64,000 nucleotides of DNA from a virus (lineage: Duplodnaviria > Caudoviricetes): the IMG/VR virus record IMGVR_UViG_3300033074_001783, positions 54,964 to 118,963 of that record; one strand, 5' to 3'. Both the position numbers and the translations under genes were made by a program. The notes beneath the pieces are model-generated. The model saw only the letters and a program-made list of their open reading frames with translations. It was not told the DNA's origin and did no database searches. This document shows, one piece after another, positions 18,648 through 28,016 of the stretch (positions are counted from its first letter, which is position 1; each line of letters starts with the position of its first letter).

Positions 18648-21008
18648 TCAGAAATCAAGACGCGTTTTAAACATGATTCTGTCGGTTGTTCTCAACACAA
18701 TAGGCTGTGCCAAAGAAGTACGCATGATGACATTCAAGTTGTCATCATGAATGTTGATTCCGGTTATGTAAGAAAAACGTTTGTCTACATCTGTGTCCAA
18801 CACAGATGCGCTAACTGGCATGTAACTTGGGTTTGAAGAAGAGACGTGCTCATAGGGGTTTGCCAACAAACTAAAATGCAACACATGAATGTTTCTGTCC
18901 CCTTGGAAATCAATGGAAAATTCTTCTTTGCCAAAGAAATATGTTTGTGGGTGTTTCAGAACAACAATTCCTTCATTGTAGAAGATGTTTCCAACAGATG
19001 CCCAAGTTGCGTGTGAACCAGTGGAATCTGCCCTGTACAAATTACCTTCTCCGTCATCTCTGATGGTCATTCTTACTTTACCGCCAGAGCCGGATAGATT
19101 TGAATCTGTCAAAACAAAAGAGCGAGGTTTGATTCTGTCTCCATAATAAAGGTTGCTTATGTCAAAGAAAACGGTTTGATTGGATGAATCATCTCTTGTT
19201 CTTTGAAGTATGGTATATGTCTCTCCGACTGGAAGTGTCAAGGCACTTGGCCCCGCCCCTTGCAAGTTTGACACTATTGAACCTGTTAATGTATCTTCAG
19301 CCATTCCTTTGGACAAGCTTCCGGTTGGAATGACATGCCGCAAAGATACATTCCCAATATCTTGGTTGCCAAGATCATTTACAAACTGACTTTTATTTAA
19401 AGGCCCCAAGAAGCCGCTGAAGTTTGGATAGAAAGTTCCGTTGTCGCATGGCAGCACAGTTAAACTGCGCTTTCTTACAGAAGAGGTTGCATAGAGAATT
19501 TCATTGGCCGTTTGTGGAATGTCGGAAGTTGTACTAATAACAGAACCAGACAACTCCCAAAGTCTTGGGTAAGCGCCATTCACGAATTCTCTTGTGTAGT
19601 TTTCAAGGTTCGTGTAATGACCTCCAACCGAGAAAGCCATCCCAACAGCAAATGGCATATCTGTGGTGCCATCATAAGTGTAGAAAGGTGTTTCCAACAC
19701 ACCTCCTGAACCGTTGTAATAGGTTCTGGTGGGTGATTCTTTTGTGAAAAAAGGTGGCAGATAAAACAACAGCCCATTTTGGTTTTTTGGACCAGATACC
19801 CTTAAATCTGCTATTTCGTCTAATGTTAAATATTTGCTGTAGATTTTCAAATCATGGATTTCGGCATTTAACGGATGAGCAAACCTATAACCCAAAGGAG
19901 CAAATCCAGAATCAACAATTAGTTCTTGCAATCCTTCTCTGGTGCTTGTATCTGTGCTAAAAAAATAAGCCATGCTAGCACTACCAGCATTCAATCCTTC
20001 ATAGTAGTTGCCAACGCACAAAACACATGGATCGTCTTTCGTGGGGGAAAATGTGCGTGGTATTATGGAAGCAGAAGGAATCGCAAAACTGCCAACCTCT
20101 TCATCATCAACTACAAAAGAACCAGAACCCAAGTTGTATTCAAGCGAGCCCCAACGAATTGTTACATGATGCCAGTTATTCTTTATCAGACAATTGTCAT
20201 TGGAGGCGAAAGCAAACTGTGGAAGACCACCAATAGAGAGAGAAGAGGGGCTAGAATCTGCACTGTTTGATAGTTGTAATAAAAGTCTGAATTTATCAGG
20301 TTTGCCAGAGCCGTCTTTTGATGAGCCGGTCACAAGAGAAACTGCATAACAAGAGGAGAGATGCAATATGGTTCCCGCGTGAAAATGGGAAACATCTTCA
20401 TCTGAACTGTATTTCGGATTGATCCAAAAATCAAACGAAAAAGCACCAGACGGTATGTAGGGACCAGATATTGTACCATCCACTGAAGATGTGATTGGAT
20501 TGGCATACAAAAGAGAACTGCCGGTTGGTACAAAAGAACTGGTAAAAAAATTCAAAGAGTGATAATTGGTAAAGCCATAATGGGCATTTGGGTAACTTGT
20601 TCTGTAGTAGGGATACAAAGAGTTTAAAATAGAAGATTTACGCAATGCGTCTTGGTCCAAAGAAACCCCCGGCGTAAATCTTATGACATCCACCTGTTGT
20701 TGCAACCTTGCAGAAATCTGCTGATTGTTTAGTGCAGACAAGTAGTCGGTAATGTGCATCTGGTTGCTGCCACTGATGTCTGATGCATTTTTAGCGGAGC
20801 GCAACAGTTGGTTGAGATCAAGATCATGGAAAAAAGAACTTGAATATATGGCCAAAGGGACGACTTCTTTTTCTCTTGGAGATCTCCTTGGAAATACATT
20901 TAGTTTTCCTGTGGAATTGCCAAAAGAACTAGAAACGTAATGTCTGGTGGGGTGTGTTTGCAGAGAAAATGTTTCTACATCTTCTGGCAGAATGCGTTTT
21001 ATTGCCAT
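18648..21008 (-). CDS. virion structural protein with LamG-like domain and tail-collar-like C-terminus
   Basis: FSFDFWINP, NNWHHVTIRW, AEIHDLKIY (LamG pattern); C-terminal YITGINIHDDNLNVIMRTSLAQP...RLDF; many SGS/TGS. Confidence 0.7.
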   Translation of the reverse strand: MAIKRILPEDVETFSLQTHPTRHYVSSSFGNSTGKLNVFPRRSPREKEVVPLAIYSSSFFHDLDLNQLLRSAKNASDISGSNQMHITDYLSALNNQQISARLQQQVDVIRFTPGVSLDQDALRKSSILNSLYPYYRTSYPNAHYGFTNYHSLNFFTSSFVPTGSSLLYANPITSSVDGTISGPYIPSGAFSFDFWINPKYSSDEDVSHFHAGTILHLSSCYAVSLVTGSSKDGSGKPDKFRLLLQLSNSADSSPSSLSIGGLPQFAFASNDNCLIKNNWHHVTIRWGSLEYNLGSGSFVVDDEEVGSFAIPSASIIPRTFSPTKDDPCVLCVGNYYEGLNAGSASMAYFFSTDTSTREGLQELIVDSGFAPLGYRFAHPLNAEIHDLKIYSKYLTLDEIADLRVSGPKNQNGLLFYLPPFFTKESPTRTYYNGSGGVLETPFYTYDGTTDMPFAVGMAFSVGGHYTNLENYTREFVNGAYPRLWELSGSVISTTSDIPQTANEILYATSSVRKRSLTVLPCDNGTFYPNFSGFLGPLNKSQFVNDLGNQDIGNVSLRHVIPTGSLSKGMAEDTLTGSIVSNLQGAGPSALTLPVGETYTILQRTRDDSSNQTVFFDISNLYYGDRIKPRSFVLTDSNLSGSGGKVRMTIRDDGEGNLYRADSTGSHATWASVGNIFYNEGIVVLKHPQTYFFGKEEFSIDFQGDRNIHVLHFSLLANPYEHVSSSNPSYMPVSASVLDTDVDKRFSYITGINIHDDNLNVIMRTSLAQPIVLRTTDRIMFKTRLDF

Positions 21009-21018
21009 ACTTGCAGAT

Positions 21019-21024
21019 TAAGTA
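21019..21024 (-). promoter_or_regulatory. candidate late-promoter motif TANTTA (TACTTA)
   Basis: 10 nt upstream of ATG 21008. Confidence 0.4.
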
Positions 21025-21056
21025 GTTTCTGACAAATAAGGCAGAAGTTTAGGGAA

Positions 21057-22196
21057 TCAGAAATCTTGTCTGACTTTAATTGTGAAGCTACGCTGAGAGT
21101 CTTTCAAAGCAGGTCTTGATAGCTTGGCAACCCACAGAGTGTTCCCTTGGGCATCACATCCAGCAATTGAAGTGACAAAAGTAAAAGCTCTTTGCGAGTC
21201 TTCTTGACCGGGGTCTATGACAACAATTCTGTTGTTGTCATCCGTGTAGGTTGGATTAGACGAGTAGTTGTATTCGTCTGGCAAAAACCTACAAAAATAA
21301 ATGGTACTGTTCAAAACGGTTTCACTTTGAAGCCCTATTGCTGTTGAGGTGCTGTTTGAAAAATGGACAGAACACACATGATCAAGGATGTCATCAACTG
21401 AAGCTGAAACAAAAAACTGGTTTATTGTGCCGTTAAATGTTTGTGTTCCTGAAGCGTTGACAGCTTGAATAGAACCAGAAAACGATTGAGAAACGGCAAA
21501 AATTCTTTGGCTATCAAGAACTGCCAATCCGCGATCAAGATAGAAAAGACCGACTGGATAAGAAGTGTTGGCGCTGTCAACAATTGTGCTGACTTGTCCG
21601 CCAAATGAAAATTCTTTGTTCGCAGAGGATCCGACATCTGTGTAGATTTTTGATCCTTGTGGTGGACCATTGATGTGAGCGGCTGATTGATAAAAATGTA
21701 TTCCTAACGTTTCTCGTTTGATACGGTCTCTACCCAACAGACGCTTGACACCAAGAAACAATGGTTCACGAATGTAGTTTGTTGTACTTCCGCTCACCAA
21801 AGTAAATTCTCTATTGGCATTACCCAACAACTGTTGAGCCATTTGCCTGTAAAGATCCATTTTTTCTCTCATCATCACCGACTGAGATGGGAAATAGGAT
21901 TTTCCGGTTGTGCTGTCAAGGTAAGTTCTTGAGCCAGAAACCAAACTGCTGTTTGGTGAAATTCCGAAAGATATGTCCATAATGGCATTGGCAGTTTGTA
22001 AAGTGAAATCTTGGTCAAAAACTGTGTGCCACAAAGAGGATGTAATCCCCGGTCCCAATCCACCTGATACGAAATGCTGATACTTTTTTCTTGTTGTGCT
22101 GCCAGAAATATCATTTTGCAAAAAGTCTATTGCCTGATCAAGAACATCTCTGTCCGTTTTGATTTCATCTGGTGCGAATTCGTGGAATATTCCCAT
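21057..22196 (-). CDS. virion/baseplate structural protein
   Basis: C-terminal NYSSNPTY...FVTSIAGCDAQGNTLWVAKLSRP...KVRQDF is homologous to the C-terminus of 18648..21008. Confidence 0.7.
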   Translation of the reverse strand: MGIFHEFAPDEIKTDRDVLDQAIDFLQNDISGSTTRKKYQHFVSGGLGPGITSSLWHTVFDQDFTLQTANAIMDISFGISPNSSLVSGSRTYLDSTTGKSYFPSQSVMMREKMDLYRQMAQQLLGNANREFTLVSGSTTNYIREPLFLGVKRLLGRDRIKRETLGIHFYQSAAHINGPPQGSKIYTDVGSSANKEFSFGGQVSTIVDSANTSYPVGLFYLDRGLAVLDSQRIFAVSQSFSGSIQAVNASGTQTFNGTINQFFVSASVDDILDHVCSVHFSNSTSTAIGLQSETVLNSTIYFCRFLPDEYNYSSNPTYTDDNNRIVVIDPGQEDSQRAFTFVTSIAGCDAQGNTLWVAKLSRPALKDSQRSFTIKVRQDF

Positions 22197-22210
22197 TTTC
22201 TTTTCTTTTC

Positions 22211-22924
22211 TTAGTTTGTTTTTGTTATTTGAACTTCAAACTCAAGTACAGACCCCGATTGCAAACCTGAGACGCGAACAAATGTACTAATCAGACTTTT
22301 GTTATTTCTTGCCCCGTATACTTGAAACTGTGATTCTGATATGGCTTTAGTTGCAATGGTGAACGTGAGTCTTGAACCTCCCACAGAAGTTTCGCCGGGA
22401 TCTCTTGGCAGAGTGTATGTGGCCCTTTGATTGCCGTCTATGTTGTCAGGAGCCAGACCTTGTATCTGCAAAAATTGATTACTTAACTCAACAACAAAAC
22501 CTTGATCTCTAAGTTCTACATCTATGGATGTTTCATTCAAAATATCTTGATAGACAGAGATGGTTCTACGTTTTACTGTTGTGTTACCAATTGATACTAT
22601 TTTAGTTGACGAATCAACTCCTTCACCATTCATAGAAATAACTGGAAGTCTTACCAAATTTGGGTTTGACACAGAAACCAAATGATATTTTTGAGCAAAC
22701 TGTTGATTTGTAATTGCTTCAAAAACAGGGGTATTTCTTTCTATTTTGGCTTTTCCAAGCGTTCTGCCAAATTTCTGTATAAGGGTGTAATCCACTTCAT
22801 CGTCAGCGGGCACCCATTTCACAACAGAAAAGCTTCCGTCATTTCTTGCAATGTACTGTCTTCCAAGATCTGTCAACACAGCATCCACGAGAACAGAATT
22901 TGTATCATTTTGTAAATAACCCAT
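22211..22924 (-). CDS. virion/baseplate structural protein
   Basis: N-terminal MGYL...DAVLTDLGRQYIA...DDEVDY resembles the tail-collar N-terminal motif; paralogous start to 30331..31332. Confidence 0.7.
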   Translation of the reverse strand: MGYLQNDTNSVLVDAVLTDLGRQYIARNDGSFSVVKWVPADDEVDYTLIQKFGRTLGKAKIERNTPVFEAITNQQFAQKYHLVSVSNPNLVRLPVISMNGEGVDSSTKIVSIGNTTVKRRTISVYQDILNETSIDVELRDQGFVVELSNQFLQIQGLAPDNIDGNQRATYTLPRDPGETSVGGSRLTFTIATKAISESQFQVYGARNNKSLISTFVRVSGLQSGSVLEFEVQITKTN

Positions 22925-22935
22925 GTTTTTCTTTC

Positions 22936-24648
22936 TTAATTCCTAGTTTGAACGTTGATTCTTACAATTTCTTGTTTTTGCAAATCAATGTTCAAAAGCT
23001 GTAACACATACGTATCTTCTACTCCTGTTTTGAGAAGTCCCAAGTCGCGTCCTTCCTTGTCGGTTAACGACAAAAATTCAGGATTAAAATAAACAGACAT
23101 TTTAGTGTAACCTTCTGTTTTAAAGGTGTCAACAAACGTGTCTTCGTTAAGAAACGCGTTGGGATAACTTTTTGGTGCTCCAGCTACAGATATCAGTTTT
23201 TGTGAAATGGTGTTTTTTGTTTTGTTGTATGCGATTTGAAGCTGCATGGAATAATTTGAAGAAATTCCATGTGCATCTATACAGCAGAGGGTATAAATGT
23301 AACTGGTATCTCTGGTGAATTCTTTGTCAAAAAAATAGCAAACTGGCGCCGCCACTTTCTGAACCAAGAATGGTTCCGGTGTTTCGTGATAAGGTGTTTT
23401 TATTTCGCTGTCATCAAAATCGTACATTGCTATCAGTTGATATGGCTCATAGATGTTTCTTCTTCTAAACACTTGAAATTGTTTTACATCTCTTTGTGAG
23501 TTTGGCGGAAGAGACCAAGTTAAACGGCTGCATTCTTTTTGGTGATCCCACACAATTTTAAAGTCAGATGGTGGTGGTGGGGCGACGTATTCAAAACATT
23601 CTACCACAACGGCAGGACTAGGAGTAGATGAAACCAAAAACCCAAGAATCAATTGCTGCTTCTCTTCTGTGTCTTGTGCGATTGTTTCAACATATGATAC
23701 TGCTTTGATTTTGTAGGTATATTTTGCTCCGTATTTAACCTGCTGATCTGCGACATAAGAAATGTTTGGGTTTTCAACATATATCGGAGGTAACGGGACA
23801 AGAGTTCCATCTACAATTTCCCATTTTTCAACAATGTAACCGACAGGCTGAATAATTGGATCATATGTTTGTGAATTGATTGCTTTAACGGTAATGTAAT
23901 CTCTCACGATGGTTTCATAATCTTCTACTGAAAAAACAGAAGAATCATGCGTTGTTTGTGACTGTTTTGAAACGATGAGTGCTTTGTCAAGCATGGAAGA
24001 TGCTTCATCAGAAAACGGGGAAGAAGGATCTTGCTGTACCTCGTTTAACATTTGATACAAAAATTTACTGTTTATTTTTGTATTAAGGCCAACTTGTTTC
24101 AATTCTGTTAAAAGAGAAACACCATTTGGATTGTCTGCAAACGAGACACCCAACGCATTTGGGTTGTTTAAACCATTGGCCAAGAACTCTGTTGTAACAC
24201 CTTTGTGTGTGGAAGAGTTTACATTTCTGGCGTGCCCCAAAATAGAATCGTTATTTTGGTGGAGCCCGATGTTTGAGATTGCTTTTTGCACAAAAAAAGC
24301 AATCCTGCCATCTATCCCACTGTCTTGAAAAAAGATATGAGAAAAAGCATCGGTAGAGAACTCTCGTTCGTCTATAATTTTTCCAGCATTAGCTTCAATG
24401 GAAATTTTATTGATCAAATCTGTTCTTTTGTTGTTGACAATTGGTTTCCAAGTAAGCGCGATGTATCTTGGAGTTCTTCTGTTGTAATCAACAAAATTAT
24501 TTGGAATCGTTTCTGAAACGGATATGTCTCCTTTGGTGTTGATTCTTTCGTCTTTGACAAAAAAATTATAACAGAATAAGGCATCTATTTTTTTCACATC
24601 TGGCAAATCAACAATAACAATTTTTTTGGATGGCAAAGAGGTTTCCAT
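22936..24648 (-). CDS. putative virion protein with FN3/Ig-like repeats
   Basis: DQQVKYGAKYTYKIKAV, PPPPSDF...LTW, FFDKEF....YIYTLCCID patterns; structural context. Confidence 0.6.
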   Translation of the reverse strand: METSLPSKKIVIVDLPDVKKIDALFCYNFFVKDERINTKGDISVSETIPNNFVDYNRRTPRYIALTWKPIVNNKRTDLINKISIEANAGKIIDEREFSTDAFSHIFFQDSGIDGRIAFFVQKAISNIGLHQNNDSILGHARNVNSSTHKGVTTEFLANGLNNPNALGVSFADNPNGVSLLTELKQVGLNTKINSKFLYQMLNEVQQDPSSPFSDEASSMLDKALIVSKQSQTTHDSSVFSVEDYETIVRDYITVKAINSQTYDPIIQPVGYIVEKWEIVDGTLVPLPPIYVENPNISYVADQQVKYGAKYTYKIKAVSYVETIAQDTEEKQQLILGFLVSSTPSPAVVVECFEYVAPPPPSDFKIVWDHQKECSRLTWSLPPNSQRDVKQFQVFRRRNIYEPYQLIAMYDFDDSEIKTPYHETPEPFLVQKVAAPVCYFFDKEFTRDTSYIYTLCCIDAHGISSNYSMQLQIAYNKTKNTISQKLISVAGAPKSYPNAFLNEDTFVDTFKTEGYTKMSVYFNPEFLSLTDKEGRDLGLLKTGVEDTYVLQLLNIDLQKQEIVRINVQTRN

Positions 24649-27600
24649 TAGTTCACCGTTTCTACAGAGACAAATAGGTCATCAAAAACAAACGAGTCCT
24701 CATTGTCTCTTGAGATGTATTCTTGGTCTCCCACTCGTTTAATTCTCTTTTGTGTTCTTGAGTTTTCGTAACTTGTTGTACCTGCAAAAGTTTGTTTTGT
24801 TGTTTCAACATCTATTGGGAAATCGTCTACGTCAACAGGTATAATGAAAACTCTATCAAATAGTTTTTTACCAAGAATATTTTTGTTTAATGTTTTGTCA
24901 GAAAACAATCCACTTGACAAAGATATCAAATTCAATTCGTCAACGAGTTCTTTCGGTATAATGCCCGTGGTTGGAATGGGTGTGTTTTTCACAACAGCAA
25001 AATAGTTTTTCACCAAACGGTCAACCGCTGGATTTATATCTGTTTTTACCTGATCGTTTAGAACAAATGTTTCTTCTGCTGTTGGCAAACTTGCAGCCAA
25101 CAGCAAATAAGAAGATAGCAAACCCGATTCAAAATGATTTTTGAATAGCGATTCTTTTTCTGGTCTGCTTAAAGAATCGTATTTCTGATTTGTAAGCAAA
25201 CTGTTTCTTGAAATTGTTCTGGCAGTTCCATCAGAAAAATCAAACAAGGAAACAGCATCCAACACCCTTGAATAAGAAGTGTTTAAAGTGATGTCAAAAC
25301 CTGTTGGTTGATTGTAAAACAAAGACATATCAAACAGGAATTTTTGTGGTTTGAACACAACGTCATCAAATTCCATCATTTTTTTGTTTACAACAATTTT
25401 GAAGGTGTCCAAATCATTTTTTGAAAATGTTTGGTTGTTGATTTTGTTGCGTTTTGCACGATTGGTGAGATTGTCAATAAAACCAGTTGGAATGCCAACA
25501 ACCAACAACTTGACTCTCTGGTTTTTGTATGGATTCTCTTTGGTCAAAGACAAAATCAAATTGCGCTCATTGGTTGAGACTAGTTTGGTGCCACTAAAAC
25601 CTGTTTTTGGGGTTTTGGTAAAAATATAGTTTGCCAATTTCAACTGGCCCAATGGAACTTGAGTTGGTGCTCTCTCTTGTGCTTTTTCTAATGAGAAATA
25701 AACGCTTGCCCTACGAGATGCTTGTGTGATTCGTGTGCTTAAAACTGACAATATATGCATAACATTTTGCACATATATTTCTTCCTTTTCAAGTTTTTCA
25801 AAAATGTTGTTTAAGACAACCTCAAGAACGCTGCTGGCAGTTGTTTTTGTAGTTTGTTGATTCAACTGTTTGGCACCAACTGGCAACGGAGTTGAACTGG
25901 TGCTTCCGGTTGGTGGTTTGTGCAAAGAAAATTGATTGAAAATCATCTTTGTGTTGTGGTTGGCAACCACATTGACTTCTACATTGAATGATAAAATTTG
26001 ATTGTTTTTTACAAAATCTACAAAAACATATCTTTTTGATATTGCTCCAAAGAGTTCATACAACATCGCGACCAAGTAAGATGAACTCAAATAATTGAAT
26101 TTTGTCCTACCGCTGTTGTCTTCCAGTAGATAAGAAAATTCGTCTCCATTCAACATCGCTTCTTGATCAACATCATTGCAAAAATTGATAAATTCTTTGA
26201 AAATTGAATTTCTAACAGAACCAACAGATAGCATTAGTATTCTTGAAATGGCCCCTCTTTCCACAAGAATGGTGGTTTTGTCTGGATCGGAATTTGATTG
26301 TGGTACGATTCCAAACGACGCAACAGACACTCTGGCATCTGGGTTCATTATAGCAAAAACGCGGGCTTCTATTTCTTCAGAACAGGAATTTATTTTTCTT
26401 TGCAGAGAAGATAGGTTTGGCAGAAGAGTTTTGTCGTTTTGTTCATTTAATGCTCTTGTGAATATTGGTTTTGTGTCATTTGATGCTGCTCCTAATAAAA
26501 GTAAAAATTTCAACAGCAGCATTCTGAGTTGCTTGTCTGTAGAACTCAACCTAAACAAAGCAAATCCAACAGCATCTTCAATTTGAACTGTACGCTTATT
26601 GGAAAGATTTTCCAGCAAAGTTGCCCAAGCTGTCAAAGCGTTTTTTAGAATGCTTGCAGGACTGTTTGAATAATTCTCAAATTCAAACAATTCTCTTAAA
26701 ACAAGATTAACATCACCAATTGATGTTGCAAATTTGTTTGCATAGTCAATGAACGGCTGAACGTTGAAATCCCCGTTATTTGTCAGATTTACAATGGAAT
26801 CAACATAATAACGAACGCCGGGAATAAACGTAGACTGGTTGTCGTCTATGAATTTACTCTCAAACGGTAACACGAAATTATTTTCATTCAATTTGGAATA
26901 AAATAGACTTGACAGAGATCTTGTCCCAAGTGGAGCATCAAAAATTGTGTCCCCCGGCAAACCAATCATGTTGTCAAAAGGATTTCCATCTCTTGTGGCT
27001 AAAAAAGTGTCTGTTAGTTTTCTTTTTACAACTGGTTTCGCCAAACCTTTTGAGACTCGCAACTCTTTGGATAAAGAATGAACCAAAAGTTTCAAACGAT
27101 CATCTGGATTTTGTGGCAGCGCAGCGACGAAAGAAGAAAATTCTTTTTGTTCAAGAATGTTTCTTGGGGTGTTTGTTGACCGAAAACTTTCAATTGTAAA
27201 ATTACGCGTAATGGTTTTGTCAAGTGTTGTTGGATTCTTGTCTTCTGATCTATCTTGGTCTGTTGTGTCAAACAGACCAAGAGAGTAACTTTCCAACGAT
27301 TGTCTGAAATCAAACAGCATTTGTTGTAAGATTTTTGTTTCGGAGAACGTGTAAAACAAAGAAGGTTGGTACTGCATACCTCTTTCAAAAAATGACCGAG
27401 GTGTCATGAACCGAGAAGTGTCAAACATGGTGTCTGGAATCGTTTTCACATCAAACGATTTGGCAATCTCAGTGAGTTCTACAAAATCTGCGGTTTGACC
27501 AACCAGCGAAGATTCAATAACGCCCAATCTTCTTGTGTAGTCAATCTGAACATTCTGCAATTCTTGGGCAAGGGTAGAGGAACCCGTTATAGCCGAGTAC

Positions 27601-28016
27601 ATCCCTGCAAGTGTATCGGCGCGCAGTAGTCTTGATTGATATTCCACGTCTAGCAATTTGCCAAATTTGGTTAGTTCATAACCCGTTCTATCCAACGGTT
27701 TCTCATAATCAGACAACATGATTATTTCTGGCCTATAAGAAGAAACCCCGTTTCTAGGGACGGGAGTATATCTGTTGTTTACAACGAAATTTTCTGACAG
27801 GGTAAGCGTGTCTGAATGATACGTTTTTGGAGTAGGGGAAGTGAATGGGATGTACGACAACACCATTGGTCCATTACTTCTTGACATTGTTGGCACAGAA
27901 GAATCAACACTTCCAACGCCTGACGCAGTTGGAGGAATGGCCCTCGTTGACAATCCTCCAACGTTAACTGTTTTGTTGTTCCTTGTTGTAGGACCAAAAT
28001 TGATTACACCACCCAT
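24648..28016 (-). CDS. large hypothetical protein, probably virion-associated
   Basis: 1122-aa ORF, 1-nt coupled to both neighbours in the structural block. Confidence 0.6.
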   Translation of the reverse strand: MGGVINFGPTTRNNKTVNVGGLSTRAIPPTASGVGSVDSSVPTMSRSNGPMVLSYIPFTSPTPKTYHSDTLTLSENFVVNNRYTPVPRNGVSSYRPEIIMLSDYEKPLDRTGYELTKFGKLLDVEYQSRLLRADTLAGMYSAITGSSTLAQELQNVQIDYTRRLGVIESSLVGQTADFVELTEIAKSFDVKTIPDTMFDTSRFMTPRSFFERGMQYQPSLFYTFSETKILQQMLFDFRQSLESYSLGLFDTTDQDRSEDKNPTTLDKTITRNFTIESFRSTNTPRNILEQKEFSSFVAALPQNPDDRLKLLVHSLSKELRVSKGLAKPVVKRKLTDTFLATRDGNPFDNMIGLPGDTIFDAPLGTRSLSSLFYSKLNENNFVLPFESKFIDDNQSTFIPGVRYYVDSIVNLTNNGDFNVQPFIDYANKFATSIGDVNLVLRELFEFENYSNSPASILKNALTAWATLLENLSNKRTVQIEDAVGFALFRLSSTDKQLRMLLLKFLLLLGAASNDTKPIFTRALNEQNDKTLLPNLSSLQRKINSCSEEIEARVFAIMNPDARVSVASFGIVPQSNSDPDKTTILVERGAISRILMLSVGSVRNSIFKEFINFCNDVDQEAMLNGDEFSYLLEDNSGRTKFNYLSSSYLVAMLYELFGAISKRYVFVDFVKNNQILSFNVEVNVVANHNTKMIFNQFSLHKPPTGSTSSTPLPVGAKQLNQQTTKTTASSVLEVVLNNIFEKLEKEEIYVQNVMHILSVLSTRITQASRRASVYFSLEKAQERAPTQVPLGQLKLANYIFTKTPKTGFSGTKLVSTNERNLILSLTKENPYKNQRVKLLVVGIPTGFIDNLTNRAKRNKINNQTFSKNDLDTFKIVVNKKMMEFDDVVFKPQKFLFDMSLFYNQPTGFDITLNTSYSRVLDAVSLFDFSDGTARTISRNSLLTNQKYDSLSRPEKESLFKNHFESGLLSSYLLLAASLPTAEETFVLNDQVKTDINPAVDRLVKNYFAVVKNTPIPTTGIIPKELVDELNLISLSSGLFSDKTLNKNILGKKLFDRVFIIPVDVDDFPIDVETTKQTFAGTTSYENSRTQKRIKRVGDQEYISRDNEDSFVFDDLFVSVETVN